DNA of 64,000 nt from Alphaproteobacteria bacterium (GCA_965202745.1 CBDBCB010000012.1:90583-154582); one strand, 5' to 3'. Numbered from the stretch's first letter, positions 30,651 to 41,838 are shown. A program made the numbers and translations. Notes: a model not told the origin generated them from the letters alone.

Positions 30651-31712
30651 ATGAAAGTCGAAACCTACCTCCCCCTCGGCAAGACCGATCCGGGCATCCG
30701 TGCGCCGGAGAAGGCCATCGATCTCTCAACCCTGCTGACCGATGCCAAGCAGGTCGAGGATCTCGGCTACGACACGCTGGTGGTGGAGGAAACCAAGGAC
30801 GATCCCTACCAGTTCATGGCCATCGCCGCGGCCGGCACGTCCAAGCTGAAGCTTGCCACCTCTGTCGCCATGGCCTTCCCGCGCGCGCCCGCCATCACCG
30901 CGATGAGCGCCTGGTCGATCCAGCGGCTTTCCAAAGGCCGGTTCACGCTCGGTCTTGGCAGCCAGGTCCGGGGCCACATCATGCGCCGCTTCGGCATGGA
31001 GTATCATCCGCCCGGCCCCTGGATGCGGGACTATATCGGCGCGGTCCGGGCGGTCTGGCACACCTGGCAGACCTGCGAGAAGCTGAACTATGAGAGCGAG
31101 CGCTACAATCTCTCCCTGATGGTGCCGCTATTTGATCCGGGCCCCATCGACTATGCGCCGCCGCCGATCCATATCGCCGTGGTGAACGAGGTCATGTGCC
31201 GGATTTCGGGCGAGTGTGCGGAGGGCATGCGCCCGCACCCTGTCTGCACGCCGCGCTACATCAGGGAAGTGATGCTGCCCGCCGCCGAACGCGGCGCGGC
31301 CAAGACCGGCCGTTCCATGGACGGCTTCCAGGTCGCCATGAAGCCGCTGGTCGCCGCCGCCTGCACGGAGGAGGCTCTGGCCGCCAAGATCGACGAGACC
31401 CGTGCCCGCATCGCCTTCTATTGTTCCACGCCCAGCTACCGCCGCCCCTTTGAACTGCACGGCTATAGCGATCTGGCGGCAGAGATGGCGCAGCTGTCCA
31501 AAGCCCAGCGCTGGGATGAGATGCAGGCGCTGGTGCCCGACGACCTCTACCACGACTTCGTCACCGTCGGGACTTACGACGACATTGCCGCGAAGCTGCA
31601 CGCGCGCTACGACGACTGTGTGTCGAGCATCGAGTTCGCCATGCCGGTCGATAACGAAGCCGACGCAGGCGCACTCCGCGAGGTCATCCAGGACCTGCAG
31701 CGGGCAGGCTGA
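30651..31712 (+). CDS. LLM-class (probably F420-dependent, TIGR03617-like) oxidoreductase
   Basis: Own GAGG RBS and ATG. EETKDDP, TSVAMAFPRAP, GRFTLGLGSQVRGHI and RIAFYCSTPSY. Confidence 0.85.
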   Translation: MKVETYLPLGKTDPGIRAPEKAIDLSTLLTDAKQVEDLGYDTLVVEETKDDPYQFMAIAAAGTSKLKLATSVAMAFPRAPAITAMSAWSIQRLSKGRFTLGLGSQVRGHIMRRFGMEYHPPGPWMRDYIGAVRAVWHTWQTCEKLNYESERYNLSLMVPLFDPGPIDYAPPPIHIAVVNEVMCRISGECAEGMRPHPVCTPRYIREVMLPAAERGAAKTGRSMDGFQVAMKPLVAAACTEEALAAKIDETRARIAFYCSTPSYRRPFELHGYSDLAAEMAQLSKAQRWDEMQALVPDDLYHDFVTVGTYDDIAAKLHARYDDCVSSIEFAMPVDNEADAGALREVIQDLQRAG

Positions 31713-31730
31713 GAGGAAGGCAAAAAAGCA

Positions 31731-31973
31731 ATACAGACGATCTTCGTGCAAATCAAATGCGAGCTCGGCAAGGCCTACGATGTGGCAGGCGAGATCGCCG
31801 AGTCCGTCGAGCAGGCGAGCGAGATGCACTCCATCAGCGGCCAGTACGACCTGATGGTAAAATGCTACCTCGCGGACGACACTGACATCGGCCATTTCGT
31901 GACGGAGAACCTGCAGACGCTCGCAGGCGTGAATGACACGTTCACCCTGATCGCGTTCAAGGCGTTTGGATAG
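31731..31973 (+). CDS. Lrp/AsnC ligand-binding domain protein (ATA at the expected start)
   Basis: (M)QTIFVQIKCELG..EMHSISGQYDLMVK..GVNDTFTLIAF. Confidence 0.8.
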   Translation: MQTIFVQIKCELGKAYDVAGEIAESVEQASEMHSISGQYDLMVKCYLADDTDIGHFVTENLQTLAGVNDTFTLIAFKAFG

Positions 31974-31996
31974 CTAGACCGTTTGTCCGACTGATG

Positions 31997-33177
31997 TGTA
32001 AAACACACGACTTGATCTGACATTTCTACTCTTATGGAGCTTAATCAAGGAGTGTCGATCAATGACAAGCATTCAAGAGAAGATCATCAAACCAAAGCTG
32101 GGACTGCTGGAGCTGGCCAAACAGCTCGGCAGTGTCAGTCAGGCCTGCACAGTGATGGGATATTCGCGGGACAGCTTTTCTCGGTTCAAAGAACTTTACG
32201 ACCAAGGGCGGCGAAGAGGCCCTGATGGATCTCAGCCGCCGCAAGCCTGTGATGAAGAACCGTGTGCCAGAACATGTCGAAAAGGCGGTGATTGAATTGG
32301 CCATAGACAACCCGGCTCTGGGGCAGAAACGGGCGTCGTGGGAGCTGCAAAAGAAAGGGATCATGGTGTCGTCGTCAGGCCTGCGGTCGATCTGGCTGCG
32401 CAATGATCTGGAAACCATGAAGAAGCGGCTCAAGGCCTTGGAAGCCCGCGCCGCCCTGGACGGCATCCTGCTGACCGAGGACTAATGGCCGCCCTGGAAA
32501 AAGCCAAGGCCAGGAAAGAGGCGCACGGCGAAATCGAGAGCCACCACCCTGGCTATCTGGGCAGTCAGGACACCTATTATGGAGGCACAATGAAGGGGGT
32601 GGGGCGGATATATCAACAGACGTTTGTCGACACATAGGCCCGCGTGGCGGTTTGCAAACTCTATACCGAAAAGACCGCCATCACCGCCGCTGATCTACTC
32701 AACGACCGCGTGATCCCTTATCTTTGCCGCACACAAGATCAGCCTGCTGCGCGTGCTGACGGACCGAGGCACGGAATATTGCGGCAAGGTCGAGAACCAC
32801 GCCTACCAGCTCTATTGGGCGATCGAGGACATAGACCACACCCGCACCAAGGCCAATTCCCCGCAAACGAATGGCATCTGTGAGCGGTTCCACCGAACCA
32901 TCAAGGATGAGTTCTACGACATCGCGTTCTGCAAGAAGCTGTATCGTTCTGTTGAGGAACTACAGGTTGATCTGGACGCGTGGCTCGCCAAGTACAACGA
33001 ACAGCGGCCTCATTCCGGGCGGCACTGCTATGGTAAAACACCGATGCAGACCTTCCGCGAAACGTTACCCATCGCTGTAGACAAGACGATCCGGTCGCTC
33101 GACCAATCGGACAATGCACAACCCATTCTCAGCAACACAAGCTGAGTTGTCCGTCAGATCAAGTCTGAAGTTTTACA
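31997..33177 (+). mobile_element. IS481 family element copy 2 (frameshifts and stops); left border of the island
   Basis: Same ends and sequence as 26792-27972. TAA at about 32483 and TAG at about 32635. No target duplication. Confidence 0.93.
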
Positions 33178-33317
33178 CATTAAGGTCAACCAACCGCTTG
33201 ATTGTTGGTTAGTACCCTCGGCACGTATTGTGGACAGTGTCTTTCATAATCAATCCTCCATGGAGACAAGCCGAAACAACCATTAGTGTAGACCGTTACC
33301 CTTCTCGCGAAGCGCTT

Positions 33318-33836
33318 TTAGGGCACTAATGGGATCGTCCATGTTCTTCCACCCACTGCCTTCGGATCAGCGTCTCTGATCCCTTGCTCGCAGAACGGAC
33401 ATGTGGTGTTTGCACTATCGACAGCAATCTGATTTTCGATCTTGTCATCAATCACGTACTGGCGATCTCTTAGTTCGTCATGAACAAAATCTTCCGAGAA
33501 AACGTGGAAGATGGTGTCAGCGACATTCGCGGTAACATTGTCGCCAGGCTTCTTTAGCTGAAGCGTTCCCAGCGCATTCGCTCCACGCGAGAACGAAAAT
33601 GAACCTTTGGCGTCTGCCGATTCATCTGAAACCAGATCGAAGGCGGCTTTAGAAACATCTTCGTCTTGCCCTTGCAAATCGAGATAGCGGAACGCTCGGG
33701 ATAGAAAGGATTTACCGGTTCCATTTCTGGCGAAGATCAGATTTTGGGCATTCCTTGAGAGTTCTCCGTTTACGGAGAATATCGGTCCCAAGTATGAAGC
33801 CTTTATTGTGAAGGTTGGATTCGGAGGAGTGTTCAT
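33318..33836 (-). pseudogene. RloC-like/AAA_13 ABC-ATPase remnant
   Basis: Walker A LIFARNGTGKSFLSR and FHVFSEDFV joined directly to the zinc-hook CPFCEQ. Coiled coil and C-terminus are deleted. Confidence 0.6.
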
Positions 33837-33954
33837 TTTAGTCGACTTAATATTTCAGGGGCGTTATTTTGGAATATAGCCATTGCCTTCACCATGATCT
33901 TTCGGGATCGGTTTTAAATCATATTCTGCGAACAGCTCTTTTTCTGAAATTGGA

Positions 33955-36663
33955 TCAAGCTGAAACCAAGTCTTCTGTATTTACGGATTTCAGTGAGAGG
34001 TGTTTACCCCCAACGCCTTCAAACAACTGCTCACGACACGTCAGTACAATAATCTGAACCTGCTGCCCCACCATGTTTAGAATGTCGAACATACGATCCA
34101 TCCTTCGGTCATCGGAAAACACCAGCGCGTCATCCAGAACGACGGTCGCAGGGTGTCCCTGTTCAACAAGCATTTCGGCAAAGGCGAGACGCACGAGAAC
34201 GGCGATCTGCTCCTGCGTTCCCATACTCAAGCGCTGGAAAGATTCCTCGTACCCGTCCTGCCGAACAACACCGACGATATGCAGGTTTTCGTCAATGGTG
34301 ATCTCAGCACCGGGAAACAGGAGCTGCAGGTAGGGACGAACCCGGTTCATTACCGGGGAAAGATAGCGCTCTTTTGCCTCAGATTCGGCAGAACGTAGTG
34401 TCGATAGCAATAGCGAAAGCACCGCAACTTCGCGCTCGTAACGCCGAAGCCGGTCTTCGGCCATTTCGCCCTCGCGTTCTTTTTGTTGAATCGCCTCATC
34501 GAGGCCAGCACCTTCAAGAGCTTCGATATGTGAGCGCAATCCCGCTATCTCCTCTTTAAGATCGGTGCGCTTGTCACGCCTGTCCTGAAGCGCCTTTTCT
34601 AATCTTGCGATCCGCGCCTCCAGTTGAGGCAACGTCTCGCCGTCACGTTGGCCTTCAAGCTTGGAGACCGCCTTCTCCTGATCGGCCAAAGCATTTCGTG
34701 CTACCGATACGGCGGCATCCAGATCGTCATCAGAAGTCTGCTTTTCGGCTTCAGTCAGATCATTCTTAAGCCTTTCGAGACGTTCCTTCCCATCCTCATA
34801 TCGCGTCTTCACACCACCCAACTCGGTCTGGATACGACTGACTTCTTTTTCCGGCCCGACAAGACCCGCTCGGGCGGTGGCTAGCGTGTCCCTTGCTTCC
34901 TGTGCTCCATTCTGAGCAGAAGTAAGGACCTGCTCGGCCTCCTTCTCCGTGGGCAAGCCTTCGATCCCAAGATCAGCCAGATCCCTTTCGAGGATTGTCT
35001 TCAAGCCTGCAATGTGGTTGGCGAGAGGTTCTGCGCCGGCGTCGTAGTCGTCCGTTGCCGGCGCGTGCAGTTCGGCTTCCTGTCGTGCAAGTTCGGCATC
35101 CCGAAGAAACTTCTCGCGCTTTGCAAACTGCTCCTCGGCTGCATCGAGCGACTTGACGCCGCAATCTTCAAGCGCGGCCCTTAGAGCTTGGTTTGCTGCG
35201 CGCTGCTGTTCGATCAGCTTGTCTCGATCCTTGATAGCAGGCTGAACAGTGATGGTGCCGTATTCTGGGATTGTGATCGTCGTTGCCTCAACCGCTTCAA
35301 CCGAAGTCTGGTCGGCAGTAAGCGCAGCTCCATCGACTTCGATCTTGGACAATCGGTCAGGGGACATATCGAACGCAACGAGTGTCGCGGCAGCGGAAAG
35401 GCGCGAACGGGCGGTTTCGAGTTCCTTGGCTGCATCTCGTATCGTTTCGATATTCTCGTCAGTAACGAGAATGGCTGCCGCACCTTGTTGTGCAACCCTT
35501 TGTTTTTTCTCAGCTGCGTGTGCTTTGTTGTAACGCCCCTGAAGTTCGCGAATTCGAGAATCGCGCTGGACGGTGTTGAGAACGCGGCGTGCCTGTGACA
35601 CGGCATTGTCTGCCTCGGTCACAGTATTCTCTGCTTCCTTCGCATCATTACGAAGTTTTTCGACCTGCTTCCGCAAATCCTGTTCGGTTTGACGGACCTC
35701 GTCGAGCTTCTTCCTCGCGACCTCGACGGCTTTCCCATCCATCTCTATTTGTTTCTTCAGATCGCGGCGACCGGTCAGGGCCTGCTCGGCTTGTTCCAGA
35801 TTCCGCTTTTTCAGCTCAACTTCAGTCACCGCTGCATCAATACGAGATTCCAGCTTAGCGAGCTCGGCATGCCGGGTTCGGGCAGCGTCGAGCTCCTCTT
35901 TGTCCGTCTGATCGCGTTCTCCCGAAGAAAGGCGGACTAGTGTCTCCTGCGCTACTTCTAGGCTCTCCAAGGTGTTCGAAAGATCGCTTCGGCGACTTCG
36001 CAGTCCCTCGAGTTCGGAGCGCAGGGAATCAATTTCTTCGATCAGTTCCTTATAATTACCTCGTGGCCTGCCCGTAGAGGTAACAAGCTCGGAAAGCTGC
36101 TTATCAACCGCATCGGGCAACGCCCTGCCGCGTTTGCCTCCCAGAACCTCACCGACCTCCGATTCCAATGCGCTGTGGAGGTTTGAACGCGCGCTGTCGG
36201 GAAGATCGACCGTACCGAAGGACTGACCTTGTTGAACCCAGAGTACGTTCCACATACCGAGGGTTTCGGGCTTCGCGCCCGTCTTACCAGGCTCATCGAA
36301 CCCAAGGAGATCACGCAGCGTGTCTTCTGCTTCATCGCCCTCAAGCTTTCGCCCGTCCGGGCAGAACAGGTGAGCGTAGGGCTTTTTCACGAACCGCTTT
36401 CTGATTCGATAAATTCCATCATCGACCTCAAACGCCAGCTCGACGACGGGCGCAGCCTGGTTCCGGTCATTCTGTAGTGCTGTAATCGGTTGCGCCTTCG
36501 AGCTGTACTTTTCAAAGAGCGATGCGCGAAGCGCATCGAGCAGCGTTGACTTCCCCATCTCATTGGGGCCGACAACGACATTCAAGCCGTCGCCGATGTC
36601 ATCAAGACACATTGGTGTCGTGAACTTCTTGAACTGATTGACAGCGATGGAGCGAATTTTCAT
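33955..36663 (-). CDS. SbcC/Rad50-like (YhaN/AAA_27 type) coiled-coil ATPase
   Basis: Walker A GPNEMGKST, long coiled coil, signature LSMGTQEQ, Walker B VLDDAL and LTCR. Intact 902 aa. Confidence 0.88.
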   Translation of the reverse strand: MKIRSIAVNQFKKFTTPMCLDDIGDGLNVVVGPNEMGKSTLLDALRASLFEKYSSKAQPITALQNDRNQAAPVVELAFEVDDGIYRIRKRFVKKPYAHLFCPDGRKLEGDEAEDTLRDLLGFDEPGKTGAKPETLGMWNVLWVQQGQSFGTVDLPDSARSNLHSALESEVGEVLGGKRGRALPDAVDKQLSELVTSTGRPRGNYKELIEEIDSLRSELEGLRSRRSDLSNTLESLEVAQETLVRLSSGERDQTDKEELDAARTRHAELAKLESRIDAAVTEVELKKRNLEQAEQALTGRRDLKKQIEMDGKAVEVARKKLDEVRQTEQDLRKQVEKLRNDAKEAENTVTEADNAVSQARRVLNTVQRDSRIRELQGRYNKAHAAEKKQRVAQQGAAAILVTDENIETIRDAAKELETARSRLSAAATLVAFDMSPDRLSKIEVDGAALTADQTSVEAVEATTITIPEYGTITVQPAIKDRDKLIEQQRAANQALRAALEDCGVKSLDAAEEQFAKREKFLRDAELARQEAELHAPATDDYDAGAEPLANHIAGLKTILERDLADLGIEGLPTEKEAEQVLTSAQNGAQEARDTLATARAGLVGPEKEVSRIQTELGGVKTRYEDGKERLERLKNDLTEAEKQTSDDDLDAAVSVARNALADQEKAVSKLEGQRDGETLPQLEARIARLEKALQDRRDKRTDLKEEIAGLRSHIEALEGAGLDEAIQQKEREGEMAEDRLRRYEREVAVLSLLLSTLRSAESEAKERYLSPVMNRVRPYLQLLFPGAEITIDENLHIVGVVRQDGYEESFQRLSMGTQEQIAVLVRLAFAEMLVEQGHPATVVLDDALVFSDDRRMDRMFDILNMVGQQVQIIVLTCREQLFEGVGGKHLSLKSVNTEDLVSA

Positions 36664-37802
36664 TGGCTCCTCGTCTGCAATTTCATGTGCTCTATATACA
36701 ATCTCTGGAGCGCGAGCGCGGCGACCTCATGATCGAGATCGCTCGTGTCCTCGGATCTTTGCTTGAGAACATCAGCGGCGGTTCGCACGAAGCCGCCCCA
36801 GTCAATTTGATCAAGGTCCTCTTCACTTGGACTCGGGAAGAGTCGCGTATCATCGACCCGCAGGTAACAGAAGGCGGCGGAGACCTGCTCCACGATTTGT
36901 TCCTCAAAATACTGCCTGTCCTGAAGCGAAACCGCACCTTCGACCAAAAGACGCACCAAAATTCTGTTCAAATCATCGCCACTGCCGCGAAGGGTAGAAG
37001 TAAGGGCACCAATATCTTCGCGGCTGTTAATCTGCTCACGGAATGTCACCCACTGATAGTGACCGGTCTCGACTGGCGTAACGACGGGAACCGCGCCAGC
37101 GTTTTCAATCTCGACCAGAAGCGCCTGTCCACCGCCATCGACATCGAAAGCGTCAGTCTCGTGTGTGCCGCTATACCAAACCTTGTCGTTGATTCTCTTC
37201 TGTCCATGCCAGTCACCCAAGGCCAGATAAGCGAGCCCTGCCGCCTTCGGCCTGTCCGGGTTGATATAGTTTGGAACATCTTTGTCATCGGACCCGAAGC
37301 CCGTGACCGTGCCATGCGCGAGCCCTATGCGGATAATCCCGTCCGGAATATCCACTTCATCCATATACGCCGTTGGGTCCTGAAGTGTGCGCCGATACTG
37401 GAGCGGGGCCGGAAGCACAGCGAAGCCGTCGCTTTCAAAAAGCCGCGGTTCTGAGGCAACGTGAACAATCACATTGTCCGGCACACCCCTTCGCAAGAGC
37501 TGGTCCCAGAGGCCGTGCGGACGGTGGGGATCATGGTTTCCGGGCAGAAGATGCCACGTCACCTTCTCAAACTTCCGCATGCGTTCCAGTGGCTGATTCA
37601 GCGAGCGCGGCGACAATGCCTCCATGTCATAGACATCACCGGCAACAAGAACATGACTTGCACTGTGCTCATCCGCCACCTCACCCAGCCGGGTGATCGC
37701 GGCAAGCCGCGCCTCCTGAAGCAACCCCATCGTGCCATCATCGACAAAGCGAAATACTTTGCCAATCTGCCAGTCCGAAGTGTGAATTGCTCTCAGGACC
37801 AT
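36660..37802 (-). CDS. SbcD/Mre11-like (YhaO type) metallophosphoesterase nuclease
   Basis: HTSDWQIG, AGDVYD, PGNHD, AHG, LGDWHG and WYSGTHE. ATGA overlap with the ATPase gene. Confidence 0.9.
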   Translation of the reverse strand: MVLRAIHTSDWQIGKVFRFVDDGTMGLLQEARLAAITRLGEVADEHSASHVLVAGDVYDMEALSPRSLNQPLERMRKFEKVTWHLLPGNHDPHRPHGLWDQLLRRGVPDNVIVHVASEPRLFESDGFAVLPAPLQYRRTLQDPTAYMDEVDIPDGIIRIGLAHGTVTGFGSDDKDVPNYINPDRPKAAGLAYLALGDWHGQKRINDKVWYSGTHETDAFDVDGGGQALLVEIENAGAVPVVTPVETGHYQWVTFREQINSREDIGALTSTLRGSGDDLNRILVRLLVEGAVSLQDRQYFEEQIVEQVSAAFCYLRVDDTRLFPSPSEEDLDQIDWGGFVRTAADVLKQRSEDTSDLDHEVAALALQRLYIEHMKLQTRSQ

Positions 37803-37830
37803 ACTTACTAACGCGCGCCCTCCTTTTTCG

Positions 37831-38089
37831 TCACAGCGCAACCTCCGAGAGAGAGGTTACGACATCGTAGTCAACGCCAAGCGTATCAAAGTGCTTCTTG
37901 CCGCACACGATTTTCTGATTTTCTTTCGTGCGGCGGTCTTCAGAGACTAGTGTGCCCTTGGTTTCACGGACAAAATAGGGCTTCTCATCATGCGCGGTCA
38001 CAAATGCCCAGTCAAGATTGTAAGGTCCGATTGGCGTGTCGATCTTGAACCAGCTAGGTAGTTTGACAAACAATCGGACATAGTCATTG
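37831..38089 (-). pseudogene. Type III restriction enzyme Res subunit C-terminal fragment, cut by IS6
   Basis: VKLPSWFKIDTPIGPYN.DWA..YFVRETKG..ENQKIVCGKKHF is the PD-(D/E)xK tail of Res. Confidence 0.8.
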
Positions 38090-38897
38090 GGTATTGCCAA
38101 TTTGTTCGCCTGACTTGACCGGGTTATCAGTGGGTCATGAACATTCCGACCACCTTGCCGCGCCTGAAGGGGTTCCGCTTTTCTCGTGAGATCATTGCTT
38201 GGGCAGTCTGGGCGTACCACCGCTTCGCACTGAGCACTGCTGATGTTGAAGACTTGTTGGCTGCGCGGGGTGTGATTGTCAGTCGGGAAACGGTCCGGTT
38301 GTGGGTCAATCGTTTTGGTCGACATTTTGCGGATTGCATCCGGCGGGATCGACCTTCACCGAACGACAAGTGGCACATGGACGAAGTCGTGATCATGATC
38401 CGCGGCAAGAAACACTGGCTGTGGCGGGCGATCGACGCCAATGGAGACGTTCTTGATATCCTCGTGCAATCGCGCCGAAATGCCAAAGCGGCAAGGCGCT
38501 TTTTCCAAAGATTGACCGAACGGTTTGGCGAACCGAGAGTCGTCATCACGGACAAGTTGCCTAGCTACATCAAACCGATCAAGTCATTGGCCCCGAAAGC
38601 TGACCACCGGGCTCACAAAGGCCTAAACAACGTGATCGAAGTCTCGCACCGCTCAACTCGCAAAAGAGAAAAATATTGGGCCGGTTCAAATCTCACCGGC
38701 AAGCTCAGAGGTTTTTGTCTGCGCACGATCAGATCAACCTGGTTTTCCGCCCCCCCCGTTATCAACTCAACGCAACTTCATACCGCCACGCCCGTTCCGA
38801 TGCATTCAGCCTATGGTCCGGCTACACCGCAGAAATGGTGGCGTGACCCAGCCGCCGCCAATGAAGCACTGTCTGCCGCCAACAACTTGGCAATACC
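38090..38897 (+). mobile_element. IS6 family element type A, copy 1 (808 bp)
   Basis: IRs GGTATTGCCAATTTGTT/AACAACTTGGCAATACC. GFRFSREII, WHMDEV, LWRAID, ITDKL and NNVIEVSHR. Frameshift after KREK. Confidence 0.95.
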
Positions 38898-39082
38898 TCA
38901 ACAACAATACCCTTCAAACAATTACTCCCTGACCTCACGGCCCCCTCCCCTATGTTTCAAGTAAAATCACTACTAACTGCTTGCTGAATATCTGAATGCT
39001 AAGATATAGCCCTAGGGATCCTATACCCCTCACTACAGATTATTTTTTGGCAGATATCAACTCACCGCAAACTCATACCGAC

Positions 39083-39191
39083 ATGCCCGTTCCGATGCAT
39101 TCAACCTCTGGGGTGAGTACACCGCTGAAAGGGCAGCCTGAGTACTGCGAGACAACATTTTGCTCGCAGCCTCAAACAACTTGGCAATACC
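39083..39191 (+). mobile_element. 3' remnant of a related IS6 element (mirrored at about 52467-52575)
   Basis: Diverged 3' end finishing in AACAACTTGGCAATACC. Confidence 0.6.
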
Positions 39192-39211
39192 CCGCAATGA
39201 CATACGCAGCG

Positions 39212-39820
39212 TCAGGGGGTGCCGATGAGGGCCATGCGAATGGCGGGCACGACGGCGATCCAGAGTGCGCCGAGCGCCAGAGCCATGCCGATCAGAAGCG
39301 CCATCCCGCGCAGGGTCTTGTTGACACTCTCGGCAATCTCCGTTCTGACTTCGCCGATCCGTTTGTCCAGCGCCGCGCCCTGTTCGGCTATCTCCGTCCG
39401 GACCTCGGCTATCTCCGTCCGGACCTCGGCTATCTTGCCTTCAAACGCCGCGCCCTGCTCGGTGATCTCTGTCCGGACCTCGGCTATCTCCGTCCGGACC
39501 TCGGCTATCTTGCCTTCAAACGCCGCGCCCTGCTCGGCAATCTCTGTCCGGACCTCGGCTATCTCCGTCCGGACCTCGGCTATCTTGCCTTCAAACGCCG
39601 CGCCCTGCTCGGTGATCCGTTTGTCCAGCGCCGCGCCCTGTTTCATAATCTGCTTCTCGAGACGGCCTTCCGCCTCGCGCAGATCAGCGGCGGTCGCCGC
39701 CGTGTTAGTGAACGCGGCGTTCACGACCGAAACCAGGGCCCGCGCGGATTTGTTGTCCAGACCGGCGGCTTCGAGCTCGTCGATGGCCTTGGCGGTATCA
39801 ATGGCGGCGGCGGGCAGCAT
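39212..39820 (-). CDS. DUF1640/CCDC90-like head-neck-coiled-coil-TM protein, allele A (202 aa)
   Basis: IDTAKAIDELEAAGL head, ATAADL neck, 7- and 11-aa repeat stalk, C-terminal hydrophobic anchor. Confidence 0.78.
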   Translation of the reverse strand: MLPAAAIDTAKAIDELEAAGLDNKSARALVSVVNAAFTNTAATAADLREAEGRLEKQIMKQGAALDKRITEQGAAFEGKIAEVRTEIAEVRTEIAEQGAAFEGKIAEVRTEIAEVRTEITEQGAAFEGKIAEVRTEIAEVRTEIAEQGAALDKRIGEVRTEIAESVNKTLRGMALLIGMALALGALWIAVVPAIRMALIGTP

Positions 39821-40026
39821 GGGCGGGATCCTTTCATCCCCGATATAGCCGGGATCAAAGGCGCGCGCCAGTCCTGCCCCGGTTCAATTCAACCTGGCTC
39901 CTGCGCGGCCTGAAACCCGAGTATCTCAACCTGCACCGCCTCACGCAGGCCGGGCAGCGCCATAACGACACCGCCAATCACCAGAACGGTCAGGAGCTGA
40001 GATTTAGGCCATGCGGGTTTGACGGG

Positions 40027-40458
40027 TCATTGATTGAACCGTTCAGGGTATAGAATAGCGCACTGGTTTCGGGCAGCCACCCATTGTCTGACGGCCCTGC
40101 CTGTCTTCTCAAAGCTGCCGATTGCCAGATAGATCAGTTTTGTCGCGGCGTCGTCGGTTGGAAAGCTTCCCCGTGTTTTGGTGGTCTTTCGGATCACCCT
40201 GTTGAGGCTTTCGATAGCGTTGGTCGTGTCGATGATTTTGCGCCCGGCTGGCGGGAAGGCGAAGAACGGGATGACCTCCTGCCACGCCAGCCGCCAACTC
40301 GGGGCGATTGAGGGGTATTTTTGGCCCCATTCGTCTTCGACCGCCGCGCGCGCTTTCTCGGCCTCTTTGTCATCTGTGGCTTGATCAATCGGCTTGAGGG
40401 CCGATGCGACGATCTTACGGTCTTTCCAGCCGCGGAAGTTCAGGGAATGGGGCACGAG
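40027..40458 (-). pseudogene. IS256 family transposase C-terminal fragment
   Basis: WKDRK, KYPSIAPSW, PFFAFP, TTNAIESLN and RGSFPTDDAATKLIYLA. Confidence 0.9.
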
Positions 40459-41266
40459 GGTATTGCCAATTTGTTCGCCTGACTTGACCGGGTTATCAGT
40501 GGGTCATGAACATTCCGACCACCTTGCCGCGCCTGAAGGGGTTCCGCTTTTCTCGTGAGATCATTGCTTGGGCAGTCTGGGCGTACCACCGCTTCGCACT
40601 GAGCACTGCTGATGTTGAAGACTTGTTGGCTGCGCGGGGTGTGATTGTCAGTCGGGAAACGGTCCGGTTGTGGGTCAATCGTTTTGGTCGACATTTTGCG
40701 GATTGCATCCGGCGGGATCGACCTTCACCGAACGACAAGTGGCACATGGACGAAGTCGTGATCATGATCCGCGGCAAGAAACACTGGCTGTGGCGGGCGA
40801 TCGACGCCAATGGAGACGTTCTTGATATCCTCGTGCAATCGCGCCGAAATGCCAAAGCGGCAAGGCGCTTTTTCCAAAGATTGACCGAACGGTTTGGCGA
40901 ACCGAGAGTCGTCATCACGGACAAGTTGCCTAGCTACATCAAACCGATCAAGTCATTGGCCCCGAAAGCTGACCACCGGGCTCACAAAGGCCTAAACAAC
41001 GTGATCGAAGTCTCGCACCGCTCAACTCGCAAAAGAGAAAAATATTGGGCCGGTTCAAATCTCACCGGCAAGCTCAGAGGTTTTTGTCTGCGCACGATCA
41101 GATCAACCTGGTTTTCCGCCCCCGCCGTTATCAACTCAACGCAACTTCATACCGCCACGCCCGTTCCGATGCATTCAGCCTATGGTCCGGCTACACCGCA
41201 GAAATGGTGGCGTGACCCAGCCGCCGCCAATGAAGCACTGTCTGCCGCCAACAACTTGGCAATACC
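40459..41266 (+). mobile_element. IS6 type A, copy 2
   Basis: 808 bp, near-identical to copy 1. Sits between IS256 and IS6-B fragments. Confidence 0.95.
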
Positions 41267-41641
41267 GCCCCGAGTCATAGTGGCGGACTGACGGACAAGC
41301 TGCGCCGCTACGGTGCCGCCCTGCGCAAACGCGCGTTGGAGGTGGATCACCGAGCGCATAAAGGGATAAACAATCGTATCGAAGGATCGCACAGACCAAC
41401 ACGGAAACGAGAAAAAATACAGGGCCGTTTCAAGTCAGCCCGTCAGGCGCAGAGATTTCTGGCCGCCCATGATGAAACCGCAAACCTGTTCCGCCCACGT
41501 CGCCACAAAATGACTGCCTCCGCCTATCGCCAGAAACGAGCCGCCGCATTTCACCAATGGAACGAATGCGCCATCGAACTGGCCGCTTGAAGAGCCTCAA
41601 GTCGGCAGTTTCTTAGGCGCTGAAAACAACGTGACAATGCC
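41267..41641 (+). mobile_element. IS6 type B, 3' half
   Basis: HRAHKGINNRIEGSHRPTRKREKIQGRFKS and right IR AACAACGTGACAATGCC. Confidence 0.9.
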
Positions 41642-41838
41642 GCCTGAGACAACAAGGGACTCTGGTGAGCGGGAACCCCGTGGTGTTTACAAACCTGATA
41701 GCAACCGCAGCGGAGCCGACCGCGAGCCGTCGATACAAGAACATGACAGGGGTACTCGCCCCTTCGGTATCGATCAGGATAGGAGCGGCATCGAACGCTA
41801 GCTTGTTTCTTTACGGTCCATGCGCCTCGGCTACGATA

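Noticed and set aside
29463-31712. Apparent 749-aa adenylate cyclase-LLM oxidoreductase fusion
   Set aside because: It arises from a 1-nt loss in a C-run near 30563. The normal cyclase C-terminus and stop lie in another frame, and the LLM gene has its own RBS and ATG at 30651.
26792-33177. Composite transposon formed by two IS481 copies around TPR-SDR-cyclase-LLM-AsnC
   Set aside because: The first copy has its own 7-bp target duplication, so it inserted independently. The outer flanks do not match.
37831-38325. 164-aa ORF as a novel nuclease
   Set aside because: Its N-terminal half is antisense IS6-A sequence fused to the type III Res tail.
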